From: Octopus bimaculoides
Taxonomy: Eukaryota
DNA length: 64,000 nucleotides
Reading direction: 5' to 3'
Assembly: GCF_001194135.2 (NCBI RefSeq)
Contig: NC_068990.1
Coordinates: 60,994,950 to 61,058,949 of the forward strand
Part shown: one piece after another, positions 38,546 to 50,240 of the stretch
Layout: every line of letters starts with the position of its first letter
Position numbering within the stretch: position 1 is the stretch's first letter
The notes under the pieces: generated by a model
The model's input: only the letters and a program-made list of their open reading frames with translations
Told to the model about the DNA's origin: nothing
Database searches by the model: none
Program-made: the position numbers and the translations under genes

Positions 38546-38774
38546 AATATACACATATACACGTATATACACATATATTCACAAATAAATACATACCTAA
38601 ATACATATGAGTGTGTGAAAGGCTTTTTAACATTTCATGTATCTCATCCACTTGCATGTATAAATGTATTTATGTATTTATGAAACAACAGCAAATGCAG
38701 CATTCATTGTTGTTCAGGAGCATATCAGTAGCTGTCACTTGATACCAAAGTAAAAGCCCTTTTGTCATTTACAA

Positions 38775-39490
38775 CATTCAAAATCATGAGGTAGTGAGTT
38801 TGATTCCCGGACCGGGCTGTGTGTTGTGTTCTTGAGCAAGACACTTTATTTCACGTTGCTCCAGTTCACTCAGCTGTAGAAATGAGTTGTGACATCACTG
38901 GTGCCAAGCTGTATCAGCCTTTGTCTTTCCTTTGGATAACATTGGTGGTGTGGAGAGGGAAGGCTGGTATGCATGGGCAACTGCTGGTCTTCCATAAAAA
39001 CATTGCCTAGACTTGTGCCTTGGAGGCAGCACTGGATTAAGCAAAATAAGCATGCGCTTAGAGCATCAATGGAAGGGGGCACCACAGAAATGGTTTACGG
39101 TACAAAAGAAATCACTATATACCTGCTAAAATAATATTCAGGATGCCTTAGCTCTACTAAATATAGAAGCAAGTGTGTTATATAAGATTAATTTTGAGGA
39201 TCTGATCAAAGACATTGCAATGAATAAAAAAGTAGGAGAAAACTTTTCAAATATAAATAAATGAGAAGAGTACAAAACTAAACATTATTTTCCATCTTAC
39301 TGTTAGCTTTGTCTCATTTTGAAAAATAAAATATTTTTTTTTTGGTTATTATTGTTTATATTTTAAATTACATATATATACAGGGGCACCAAAATCCTAT
39401 AAGTAATTAGAGCCTTTGTGGGTCTTAACCTGGTCCTGCTTGGAGGGTGACTTTCTAGGTGCAATCCCATGGTGATATATGACTGAAAGG
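38775..39490 (+). mobile_element. tRNA-derived SINE (gttgtgttcttgagcaagacact core) interrupted by a hAT MITE
   Basis: B-box-like gagtttgattccc; body resumes after the duplicated cttggagg as gtgactttctaggtgcaatcccatgg. Confidence 0.7.
39027..39438. mobile_element. hAT-superfamily MITE with perfect 8-bp TSD
   Basis: TSD cttggagg at 39019-39026 and 39439-39446; imperfect 15-bp TIR cagcactggattaag / cttaacctggtcctg; ggggcacc subterminal motifs. Confidence 0.85.
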
Positions 39491-39984
39491 GGTCTTTACC
39501 CTTTATTAGTTAAATCTATATTTTCTACACTATAAGGTAGACTAAAACCTCGGGTTTATCATAGTCATAGAACTTACTAGCAGTGCAGATTCTGGGCCTG
39601 ATGGTGATCAGAATTAGCGTGGTATGTAATTAATGTGGACTGAATACAGAAATTAGGTTGGCTGATGTAGAGGTGATGATAGTGGAAGCGAAGTGATGCT
39701 TACTAGTGCACAAAATGATTGTAGTAATAATGATGGTGCTAATACTGCTGGAAGCTGTCATGGTGTTGGTGCTGGTGATGGTGCTGGTGATGGCAATAAA
39801 AATACTTTAGTAGGAAGAGAAAATTGATTTACTTAGTGTTTTAGAAAAATTGGAATAATTATCTATGTTGGTTAATTTTAAAATAAAAACAGAGAAACAA
39901 TTAACTTTTTGTTTAGGTCCATTTACCTAATGAACTTCAGCTATAGGGTATGCATATTAATTATTTTCAAAATAAATTTAGTTT

Positions 39985-40150
39985 AGGTGCAGATGAGGCT
40001 GTGTGGTTAGAAGCTTGCTTACCAACCACATGGTTCCGGGTTCAGTTCCACTGAATGTCAGTTTGGGCAAGTGTCTTCTACTATAGCCTCGGGCCAACCA
40101 ATACCTTGTGTGTATATTCGGGAGACAGAAACTGAAAGAAGCCAGTTATA
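39985..40150 (+). mobile_element. SINE family A, 5' half
   Basis: aggtgcagatgaggctgtgtggttagaagcttgcttaccaaccacatggttccgggttcagttcc...aactgaaagaagcc. Confidence 0.85.
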
Positions 40151-40252
40151 TATACATATTTACTTCTAATATAGGTTAAAATTTTTTCCAGAGATTTCAT
40201 CAAATGGACAGCATATTAAAATACCTTTTGAGATGTCAATTATAAATAAATA

Positions 40253-40380
40253 TAAATTAGGGCAAAATAAAAAATTTTTTTGCCAATATGCTGAGAAATA
40301 GACTTTAAATCATCAATTGACAATTTAAGGTCTATTTCTCAGCATATTGGCATAGAAATTTTTTCTTTTGCCCTTATTTA
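40253..40380. repeat. Near-perfect fold-back hairpin, 58-bp arms
   Basis: 40253-40310 pairs with 40323-40380 (tgccaatatgctgagaaatagac.../...gtctatttctcagcatattggca); loop catcaattgaca. Confidence 0.9.
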
Positions 40381-40399
40381 TAATTATATATATATATTG

Positions 40400-41400
40400 A
40401 TATATATATTGATAGGAAGGACAACAAAAGAAAGAAAGAGACCTCGGTATTATGTAAATAGAGGAATTTATCTGTAAAAATATGTGACACTTATTCGGTA
40501 GCCATGATAAAACTCCGAGTTTCGGATGCCGGGGTGGGAGTCCACACCAACATCTCTTCAGTTATCCGGCCATTGAAACTTCCTGTGAAAAATGACCGTT
40601 AAACAAAGGGAAATTACTGTGTGGTTGACCGTTATTAAGACAAAAGAGCTATAGACTGCTAAGTAAGGAGAGGGGGTAAAAGTAAGAGAGTAGAGAAGTC
40701 TATAGTGTTCGTGTAAGCACACCAATCCGTACATTTGCCTATATTTATATACAAAACCACCCTTGCTTGAAACACACACATGCTCACCCACATACTCGCC
40801 AAAAACTATACATATATGTACATATACATATATATACCCGCATACACACCCATACTCACACACACACAACAACCCCGCACCCATACACACGCTAGCAAAA
40901 AAAAAAATTTATAGGGCTAAAAGCAAAAACAGAAGAAAGTGTGGGAAAGCTATAAGGTTAAAACGCATCTAATATGCACATATTTTCACATGCACGCACA
41001 TACATCTATATACACTTGTACCTGCACACACGCACACATTCACAAGCACGCATACATTCACAAGCACGCACACATTCACAAGCACGCACATAAGGTTCCA
41101 TGTACGTGTCTATAGACGCACAGGAAAAATACAAAACATTAACTCTATAATTATGTAAAAAATATTTTAAAACATATATAAAAATCCAAGTAAAAAGTAT
41201 AGAAGGATAAAAAGCTTATACATAGACACAATAAAGAAAGCAAATCCTATCAGTACAGTCCTATCAGCAGGTCCTATCAGTAAAAATATTTAAAAAATAT
41301 ATAAGAAATCCAAGTAAAAGGTATAGAGAGATAAAAAGCTTATACATAGATACAATATAGAAAGCAATTCCTATCAGTAAACTCAGGGGAACCAAAAACG
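40400..41400 (-). mobile_element. Probable non-autonomous PLE-derived element carrying a type I hammerhead motif
   Basis: HHR motif at 40506-40566; interior with CA-rich tract, 16-bp tandem (cacattcacaagcacg)n near 41035-41090 and a tandem duplication of about 120 bp near 41160-41380; boundaries approximate. Confidence 0.5.
40506..40566 (-). ncRNA. Type I hammerhead ribozyme-like motif
   Basis: gataa-CTGAAGA-gatgttgg(tgtggactcccacc)ccggcatcc-GAAA-ctcgga-GTT-ttatc: core intact, helix I gataa/ttatc, long helix II, near-palindromic helix III actc-g-gagt. Confidence 0.7.
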
Positions 41401-41489
41401 TAGCAAATATTTGGCCACATGTGGACATGATCCGAAAAGTTCAGTCTTTGAATTTAGACATGTGGCGGGGTCTAAGCTGCCTTTCCAGA

Positions 41490-42375
41490 TGAGCCATCTT
41501 TCCATATATATGTGTGCCACATGGTGAACACATCAAGAAAAACAGCGTATTACCTTGCAGGTGGGGCCTAGTTAAAATTTTCTTCAGGTTGAGTAGCCCA
41601 TCCCATTCAAAAGGTCCCTGAATAAGGGCTGTTTGAGGATGTTGAACAAAACACCCATGTTTCCAATGGTGAATTATCCAAACCTCAAAAAATTCCTCTC
41701 AACACATGGCTATGATGCTCCCCTTCTACTTCAGAGATGCACATATCGTCAGCCACTAAAAGACATGATCCACTGGTTATGATCAAACAACTGGGAAGCA
41801 ATCCTGTAGTATTAAGCAGAATTTTTACTGTAGCCTATCTTTTATACCAAGACAAAACAATGTACATGATAACACTTCCAATCAGTTAAGATTAGAAGCC
41901 ATGTCAGCCATTGCCTGGTACTGCATCATCGTCGTCGTCGTCGTCATCATTATCATTATTATTATTATCGATGAGAGAGCAGTGCATGACCTTGCAGGTG
42001 GGGTCCAGTTAGATTTTCTTCAGGTCAAGTATCCCATCCTGCTCAAATGGTCCCTGAATAAAGATTGTTTAAGAATGTTGAACGAAACACCCATGTTTCC
42101 AAAGACAAATTATCCAAGCCTCAAAGAATTCCTTTCAACGCATGTCTATGATGCTCCCCCACTACTTCTGCTTGTGATCAGAGATGCACATATCATCAAC
42201 CACTAAAGGACATGCTCAACTGGTTAAGGTCAAACAACTGACAAGCAAATCTGTGGTATTGAGCAGAATATTTGCTGTAGCCAGTCTTTTATACCAAGAC
42301 AAAACAAAGTACATGATAACACATCTAATCAGTTAAGATCAGAAGCCACGAGAGCCACTGACTGGTACAGCATCA
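41490..42375 (+). mobile_element. Two tandem copies of a dispersed repeat/SINE family E (about 41490-41927 and 41973-42373)
   Basis: About 370 bp aligned: ccttgcaggtgggg...ggtccctgaataa...gatgctcccc...ataccaagacaaaacaa...ggtacWgcatc. Confidence 0.8.
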
Positions 42376-42389
42376 TCATTATTATTAAG

Positions 42390-42605
42390 GTGGTGAGCTG
42401 ACAGAATTGTGCTAACACGCCAGGCAAAATGCTTAGCAGTATTTTGTTCATTTTTGAGTTCTAAGTTCAAGTTATGCTGAGGTCAACCTTGCCTTTAATC
42501 CTTGTGGGATCAATAAAATAAGCACCAGCTGAGCACTGGGATTGATGTATTTGAGTTATCCCCACCCACTGAACTTACTGGCTTTTTGCCAAAATTTGAA
42601 ACAAT
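42390..42605 (+). mobile_element. SINE family B
   Basis: aaggtggtgagctgacagaa...aaaatgcttagc...aataaaataagcaccagc...aaaatttgaaac. Confidence 0.8.
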
Positions 42606-43254
42606 TACTATTATGATTATTGTTGTTGTTGTTGTTATTGTTGTTATTGTTATTGTGGTTGTTGTTATCATTATTATTATTTGTTATCTTGAGAATAAAA
42701 TGCCTTGCAATATTTATTCTGACTCCTTTACTTTCTGAGTCTAAATCTTGCTGAAGTTAACTTTAACATTTATCCTTTTGGGATCAGTATAATTGATTGA
42801 AATCTCTCACCACAAAATTCCAGGCCTTACACCTAAATAAGAAATTATTATTTTCTTTATTATCAGTAAATTCACATTGCCAAAAATCAGCCTTTGATTG
42901 ACATGCACCATAACTTAGCTTACAACTTTCCTCTGCACTATTTAAAAAATTCCTGTGTCCATAGAAATTATATTCAACAATTATATTCCTGCAAGTAAAA
43001 TGTTGGGCTTCATGTACATTAATTTTCTTCAATGTCACATTATAACAGCTACCTTTATTATGAAGAAACTCAACAGTAATAAATTTCCAAGTGACATGCC
43101 AACCATTGTCTTAGTAATATTGACTGAACGTGTCTTGTACTTGCCTTCAGATCTATTTTGGATAAATGCTGCCAGCTGCAAGGAATAGTTTTACAATTAC
43201 AAGCAACTTTTCCTGATATGTCATGTCTAATGACTAAAAGATATTAATAGCAAG

Positions 43255-43450
43255 CATATTGATTTCAAATTTTGGCCCTAGGCCAGCAATTTCGGTGGTA
43301 AGGATAAGTTGATGACATTGACCCCAATGTTCAACTGTTACTTATTTTATTGACCCTGAAAGGATGAAAAGCAAAGTCAACTTTGAAGGAATTTGAACTC
43401 AGAATGGGAAGTCAGACAAAATGCTGCTAAGCATCTTGCTCAGCATGCTG
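43255..43450 (-). mobile_element. SINE family B
   Basis: ttgatttcaaatttt...gaaaggatgaaaagcaaagtcaac...atttgaactcagaat...ctaagcat. Confidence 0.8.
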
Positions 43451-43629
43451 ATGATTCTGCTAGCTTGCTAATTGGTTGAACATGTCTTGGTTTTGTCTTC
43501 ATATCTATTTCAGTTTTTGGACAAATACTGCCAGCAGCTAGGAACAGTTTTATAACTACAAGCAACCTTTTCCTGGAATATCATATCTAATGGCTAAAAC
43601 ATTAAAATACTTGATTTTAATGTTTTAGC

Positions 43630-43760
43630 CATTAGATATGATATTCCAGGTTCAGTCCCACTGTGTGGCACCTTGAGCAAGTGTCTTCTGCTATAATCTC
43701 GGGCTGACCAAAGCCTTGTGAGTGGATTTAGTAGACAGAAACTGAAAGAAGCCCGTCGTT
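43630..43760 (+). mobile_element. SINE family A, 5' fragment at left end of the Tigger-like element
   Basis: ttccaggttcagtcccactgtgtggcaccttgagcaagtgtc...aactgaaagaagcccgtcgt. Confidence 0.85.
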
Positions 43761-44149
43761 TTTGAAATATGAGCTGTCTCTTGGCCAATTATTTTGCTTT
43801 GAGTTGTGAACTAAAATTTGGTGGGTTATGAGCCAGCTTCAGATACCCCACCACTAGTTGGCATAGTGAATGTCACAGTGAATACCGTTACATCCGCCCA
43901 ACATTCTGTGTCTCACTTGATAGCTAGACAGACATGCATGTTAGCAAGTGCAAAGATCATTAGTAGATTGATAGATAGACAGACATGTGCATTAGCAAGC
44001 GTGAAGATTGTTAGTGGATTGTTAGCTAGACAGGTGGTAAAATGCTTACTTAATCATTGCAGGCTACAAAATCATCAACGTTGTACTCACAATTGTGCTT
44101 GCAGTTATTTTGCTAAATTTCGTTTTTCCAGCCATTGGTTGAAGAAATT

Positions 44150-46065
44150 GTTTGTGAAGGACAGTGCTGAGAAGAAGGAGCAGATGATGTACATTGAATT
44201 ATTGAAAAACATGACCAAGGTGTGCATGTAGTCAACTTGGCAAAGCAGTACAAGCGTAGCACTTTTACGATCTGCACCATACTGAAGTAGAAGGGATTGA
44301 TAAAAGCTATAATGCCAGCCAAGAGCATTAAAATAATTTCTAAACAGTGGACATCTATTCATGAAAATATAGAGAAGCTGCTGATGGTGTGGTTGATAGA
44401 GATACCATGGAGATACCATGATAGAGGCTATAATCTGCAAGAAGGTACCAGCTATTTACACTGATTTACTGCTGCAGACCCCAGGCACTTGTATGGACAA
44501 GGCATCGAGTGAGCTGTTTAAAACCAGTTGGAGCTGGTTTTAAAATTTTAAAAAGAGGACTAGCATTCACTCTTTGTCAGGCATGGTGAAGCAGTGAGTG
44601 CAGATATGAAAGCAGCTGAAGATTATCTCACAACTTTTCCTGGAATTATAGCGAGCGAAGTATATATCCCCTAGCAAGTCTTCAACTGTGATGAGACAAA
44701 GCATTTTTAGAAGAAAATGTCAAGGAGGACTTATACAATGGCAGAGGAGAAGAGGATACCAGGTCACAAACCCATGAAGGTTAGGCTAACCTTCATACTG
44801 TGTGCCAATGCAAGCAGCTACTGCAAGATTAAGCTGTTGCTCGTTTATCATTTATATTTATATTAAACCTCAGAGCCTTCAAGTCACATAGGATTCTGAA
44901 AGAAAAAACTGCAGGTTATGTGGAGGGTAAACCCAAGGGTGTAGGTCACCAGGTAATTCTTTGTGGGGTGGGTGAATTTGATCTTTGGTCCTGATGTTAA
45001 GAAATATCTCCAAGAAAATAACCTACCCTTGCAAGCCTTTCTCATCGTGGACAATGCACCTGCTACCTAACCTTGAAGATGACATCCTCGAAGGGTTCAA
45101 GTTTATAAAAGTTCTCTACCTTCCACCCAAAACTACCCCTATTCTGCAGCCCATGGACCAACAGGTGATTTCTAATTTCAAGAAGCTCTTCACCTAGCAC
45201 CTGTTCTGACAGAGAGCACAAACCTCACCCTTCAAGAGTTCTAGAGGGACCACTATAACATTGTGATATGCCTCAGAATTATCAATATGGCCTGGCATGG
45301 TGTTACAAAGAGGATTTTGACCTCTGTGTGGAAGAAGCTGTGACCTGAGGTTGTGTCTGAAATGGCCCTTGAAAGACTTGAACTTGAAGTGGCAGTGGTA
45401 GAGGAGATTGAGTCCTTCGGCAAGTCCATGGGCCTGGACATGGATGAAGGTGACATCAACAAGCTCATCGAGGCAAACTCTGAGGAACTGACAATGGAGG
45501 AGCTTAAGGAGCTATAGATACAGTAGCACATGGAGGTTTTGTAGGAAATAGGTGACAAAGAGTAGGTTATTTCTACAGGTGTTATTTCTTTACTACCCAC
45601 AAGGGGCTACACACAGAGGGGACAAACAAGGACAGACAAAAGGATTAAGTCAATTATACCGACCCCAGTGCATAACTGGTACTTATTTAATCGACCCCGA
45701 AACGATGAAAAGCAGAGTCGACCTCGGCGGAATTAGAACTCAGAATGTAGTGGCAGACAAAATACCACTAAGCATTTTGCCCGGCGTGCTAACGTTTCTG
45801 CCAGCTCACTGCCTTTATCTCTACAGGTGTGATAAGGGAAATGTTAGGAATGTGGGAGAAACTTTCAGACTTTATTCAAAAGAAACACCCAGAAAAAGTT
45901 GCAACTAGGAGTGTGATAGCACTATTTAATGACACTTGCCTAACTCATTTCAGAAACATTCTGAAAGGGAGGATGAAACAGGCCTTATTGGACAGGTTTT
46001 TATCAGAAACTCCTGCAGATGAAAGTGAGGGTAGCATGGCAAAAAGGGCAAAAATCAGCGAATAA
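44150..46065 (+). pseudogene. Tigger-type (CENP-B/DDE_1) transposase pseudogene
   Basis: HDQGVHVVNLAKQY...TICTILK; RHGEAVSAD; QVFNCDET; GHKPMKVRLT; IVDNAPA; YLPPKTTPILQPMDQQVISNFKK; EELTMEELKEL; many stops and frameshifts; split by a SINE at 45583-45814. Confidence 0.9.
45583..45814 (-). mobile_element. SINE family B inserted in Tigger with 16-bp TSD
   Basis: TSD ttatttctacaggtgt (45567-45582) / ttatctctacaggtgt (45815-45830). Confidence 0.92.
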
Positions 46066-46948
46066 GATTCAGTTATTCATTTCAACCTTCCTCCTCAACC
46101 TCCGTTAGCATCCTCAAGTCACCTGATCTCCAAGGTAAATGCTGTACATCATACTTAATAACACCAGTTTATTGCAGTACATTCTATTGTACTGTTTCTT
46201 TATACAATATTCATTATTTATAAGTACATTTTTCTTATTTAAAAACATGTAGCAATAAAAATTTACAGTGCTTTTTGGGGGGCCTGAAATGAATTAATGG
46301 CATTGCAGTTCATTTCAATAGGGAAAATTGATTTGACATACGAGTAATTTGAGTTACAAGCTCCGTCACGGAATGAATTAAACTCATATGTCAAGGTACC
46401 ACTGTGTGCATGTATGTATATACATATATATATATACATCCGTATATGTAAGTATACTGTTTATATGCATGTATTTGTATTTATGTACTGGAGTATATTC
46501 CACTGATGAAGGCAGAGCATTATTATTTATGCAAAGCCAGAAATCCAGNNNNNNNNNNNNNNNNNNNNNNNNNNNNNNNNNNNNNNNNNNNNNNNNNNNN
46601 NNNNNNNNNNNNNNNNNNNNNNNNNNNNNNNNNNNNNNNNNNNNNNNNNNNNNNNNNNNNNNNNNNNNNNNNNNNNNNNNNNNNNNNNNNNNNNNNNNNN
46701 NNNNNNNNNNNNNNNNNNNNNNNNNNNNNNNNNNNNNNNNNNNNNNNNNNNNNNNNNNNNNNNNNNNNNNNNNNNNNNNNNNNNNNNNNNNNNNNNNNNN
46801 NNNNNNNNNNNNNNNNNNNNNNNNNNNNNNNNNNNNNNNNNNNNNNNNNNNNNNNNNNNNNNNNNNNNNNNNNNNNNNNNNNNNNNNNNNNNNNNNNNNN
46901 NNNNNNNNNNNNNNNNNNNNNNNNNNNNNNNNNNNNNNNNNNNNNNNN

Positions 46949-47005
<57 letters not shown>

Positions 47006-47240
47006 TTGTATGTATATATATATGAAGATATATAATTGTATGTTTGTGCCTGTGTTTATTCCCACCACCATTGCTTGACAACCAATGTTAGTGTGTTTAC
47101 ATCCCTGTTGGCGAATGAGACTGATAGAATAAGTACTAGACTTACAAAGAATAAGTCCTGGGGTCAATTTGTTCAACAAAAACCACTTAAGGTGGTGCTC
47201 CAACATGACTACAGTCAAATGACTGAAACAAGTAAAAGAA
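46949..47240 (+). mobile_element. SINE family A, 3' half after gap 46549-46948
   Basis: cttgacaaccaatgttagtg...agaataagtactagacttacaaagaataagtcctgggg...gactgaaacaagtaaaag. Confidence 0.85.
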
Positions 47241-48679
47241 TAGTTTCACATTCATGCTTCATTACAGACATAAGGATGTGTTAAGGTGTTTAAAAGAAAT
47301 AGAAAACTACACGAAAAAGCTAGCTATGAAATGAAAGCATTGCATATAGATATTCCCAACTAAGATTGAAAATGTACTTAGTAAACAATTTTTCTCTGAG
47401 AATGTTGTAAGTTAAGCTAGGTTAAAGCAAGCCAGTGAAGAAATATCTATTTGGTCACTCCATATACTAGAAATAATAGCCAAATCTGCCTCCATATTAT
47501 ACACCTTACCATCTTGGAAAAGAAAAATCATGCTGGAAATAATGTTCATGGATACATTGATATCTGTAAACAAGACAGGCTGGTCAAGGATGGAATGTCT
47601 CTAATCATGTCTGTTACATTTAGGGTTGACCTGGGATTAAGCAACAACAACAAAATTAAAATTTTAATGAAAGAGCAATGTTGGTGTTATCAGAGACAAA
47701 AATGTCAAATTTGAAGGCTTGAAAGCTGATAGCATCAACAACTGAGTCACTTTTGACTTTTTTTTATTTTTCTCATTTTATTCTCATTGAGTTCATTCTT
47801 CAAGATTAAACTTTCTCAAATTTATATTGCCTCAAATCAGTACACATAGAAATTTAAGCCACTGCAACCATCCTAGCAGATAATCTCCTTCCCCTCCCCA
47901 TGTTAGGGAGGATTTAACTGATGCTTTGCAAAAAGAAATAATATTGGACAGGAAATGAATTCAGAAATTTTACTAAAATTTCTGAATTCTTGTTTTCTCC
48001 ACTTGTCTTTATTGTATTACAATATTCTAATTTTCCCTGCAAATTCTCATATTTAAGAGAAAAAATGATCTTTATTCTTTCAGTGTCTTTAATAAGATTC
48101 CATTGCTTGCGTAATAGATTAAGGAAGAAATCGATATTTTTAATGATTTAAACTGAATTTCAAGGTAGAAGAAAAAAATTAAAAGAAATATTAATATCAC
48201 AATGAGGATGTAATCAAAATATCTCTATTTTACTCACATTTTTGTTAGAATTCATTATTAAAGTCTTATAGATTTTTTAAATGTTACTCACTAACCTTTC
48301 TCATTTCTTTCTAGTTGAACATATTAGACTAATTTAAAAGTTCACTATTATATAAAAACAAAACATTACGCTGCTCTTATTTCTCAACAACTCACAAAAT
48401 TATTCATTAAGTTATAAACCTAAGGAATTCCAGTGGAGACCATTATTTGAGTTTTGAATAAATCTATCTGGCTTTTAGTCAGCTGCAGATTTTATGATAA
48501 GTTTACATATATAGAATTGCTTCGTTATTTAATGTTAAACACATTCTTAAAAAAAAAAGCTTCGCCTTGTAACTTAAACACATCAAATTGAAAAATACTG
48601 TATTTGGTTTACTCTGAAGTTCTCACTCTTCAAAATGGGAGCAAGGCTTGAGAATAATATCAGCTTCATTCATCTACTT

Positions 48680-49140
48680 GATATTGATTTCAAATCTTGG
48701 CACAAGGCCAGCAATTTTGTGGGGAGTGGGTAAGTCAATTACATTGACTCCAGTACTCAACTGGTATCTATTTTATCAACCCCAGAAGGATGAAAGGCAA
48801 AGTTGACTTTGGTGAAATTTGAACACTGAATGTATATAAATTATCTGTTTGAAACTGATCTAAATAAATAAATCTTCCTTCAAAATTTTCTGTTGATTTA
48901 TTTTCCAAACAGCAGATTGATAAAGGTTCCAAATTATGGCACAAAGCCAACAATTTTGAGGAAATGGCATAGCTGATTACATTGACCCCAGTGGTCAGCT
49001 GACATTTTATTTTATCAGCCTTGAAAGAATAAAAGGCAAAGTTGACCTTGGTAAAATTTGAACTCAGAATGTAAAGATGGACAAAATGCCACTAAGCATT
49101 TTGCCCAGCATGCTAATGATTCTGCCAGCTCACTGCCTTA
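48680..49140 (-). mobile_element. Two tandem SINE family B copies
   Basis: Repeated ggcacaaRgccaRcaattttg...attacattgac...gaaaggcaaagttgac...atttgaac. Confidence 0.8.
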
Positions 49141-49852
49141 AAAAAACAGAGGATGTTTGTGAGACATGAAGCCACATCTGCAGTACACATGACAGCCGTT
49201 CTACCAGTGGGCCAAAACAATCCTTCCACTCATCTATTTAACATTGAAGTGTACTAGAGGTAAAAAATCAATAAATTTATGCAAGGGTTCAGTAGAGCCT
49301 ATTAAAAATATATACAGTATAGACAGAGATGACCAGAATGTTAATACTCTGGGTTGTTTAAACAGTATTTTGTGACAGTCTCAATTGTTATCAATATACA
49401 AAATACCATCATAACTTGATTACTGTTTTGTATTTAAAAGTGACATTTAAGAGAGATATTTAAGAAAAGTTTCTGTCCTGTCAAGTCACTAGAAGATGGT
49501 AGTGGTTCACTCCCCTGCATGCAATACCTACCAGGTGCAGATTGCATCGATAACTAGCTAGAGAAAGCTTACTCTTGGGGTTTAAAATGGTAGTAACTTT
49601 AGTTTGTACAGAACAGCCTTGTTGAAGTGGCGATAAACATTACTTCTCATTATAGTTACTACTGTCATCTCTTATAGAGATTTTCTAACTAGTGCTAAAT
49701 TCTTCAACAAGTACCTGTGTTTTACTAGGAAAGGAAAGTTTGCCTTTCATATAATTAGAGTCCCAAATGTAACCTTATTAGGGACATAAGGTTCATTATG
49801 AAAAATGCAAACAGAAAGATGGGTATATATAACTTATAAAATTCACATATCA

Positions 49853-50240
49853 GGTGCAGCAGTGGTTGTGTGGTAAAAAGTTTGCTTCCAAACCACATGG
49901 TTCTGGGTTTAGTGCCTCTGTGTGGCACCAAGTGTCTTCTACTATAGCTTCAGGCCAACAAAAGCCTTGTGAGTGGATTTGGTAGAAGGAAACTGAAAGA
50001 GGCCTGTTTTACATATGTGTGTGTGTGTGTGAGAGAGAGAGAGAGTGTGTCTTCGTATCTGTGCTTGTCCCCTTCCATTTGGCAATCAGTGTTGGTGTGT
50101 TTACATCACTGTGGTTCAGCAAAAGAGACTGATAATAAAAGTACTAGGCTTAAAAAGGTACTGGGGTCGATTCATTTAACTAATATTCCTCATCGTGATG
50201 CCCCAGCATGGCTGAAGTCTCATGACTGAAACCAGTAAAG
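49853..50240 (+). mobile_element. SINE family A
   Basis: Head aggtgcagcagtggttgtgtgg, (TG)n(GA)n centre, 3' ...gccccagcatggctgaagtctcatgactgaaacc. Confidence 0.8.

Larger units (their letters stand above)
43760..46404 (+). mobile_element. Tigger/pogo-like DNA transposon, decayed, with SINE insertion
   Basis: Right TIR ...ctcatatgtcaaggtaccactg ending at 46404; left TIR not recognisable; encloses a transposase pseudogene. Confidence 0.85.

Noticed and set aside
44150-46065. Domesticated TIGD-like host gene
   Set aside because: Numerous stops and frameshifts, a SINE insertion and a retained TIR indicate a dead transposon.
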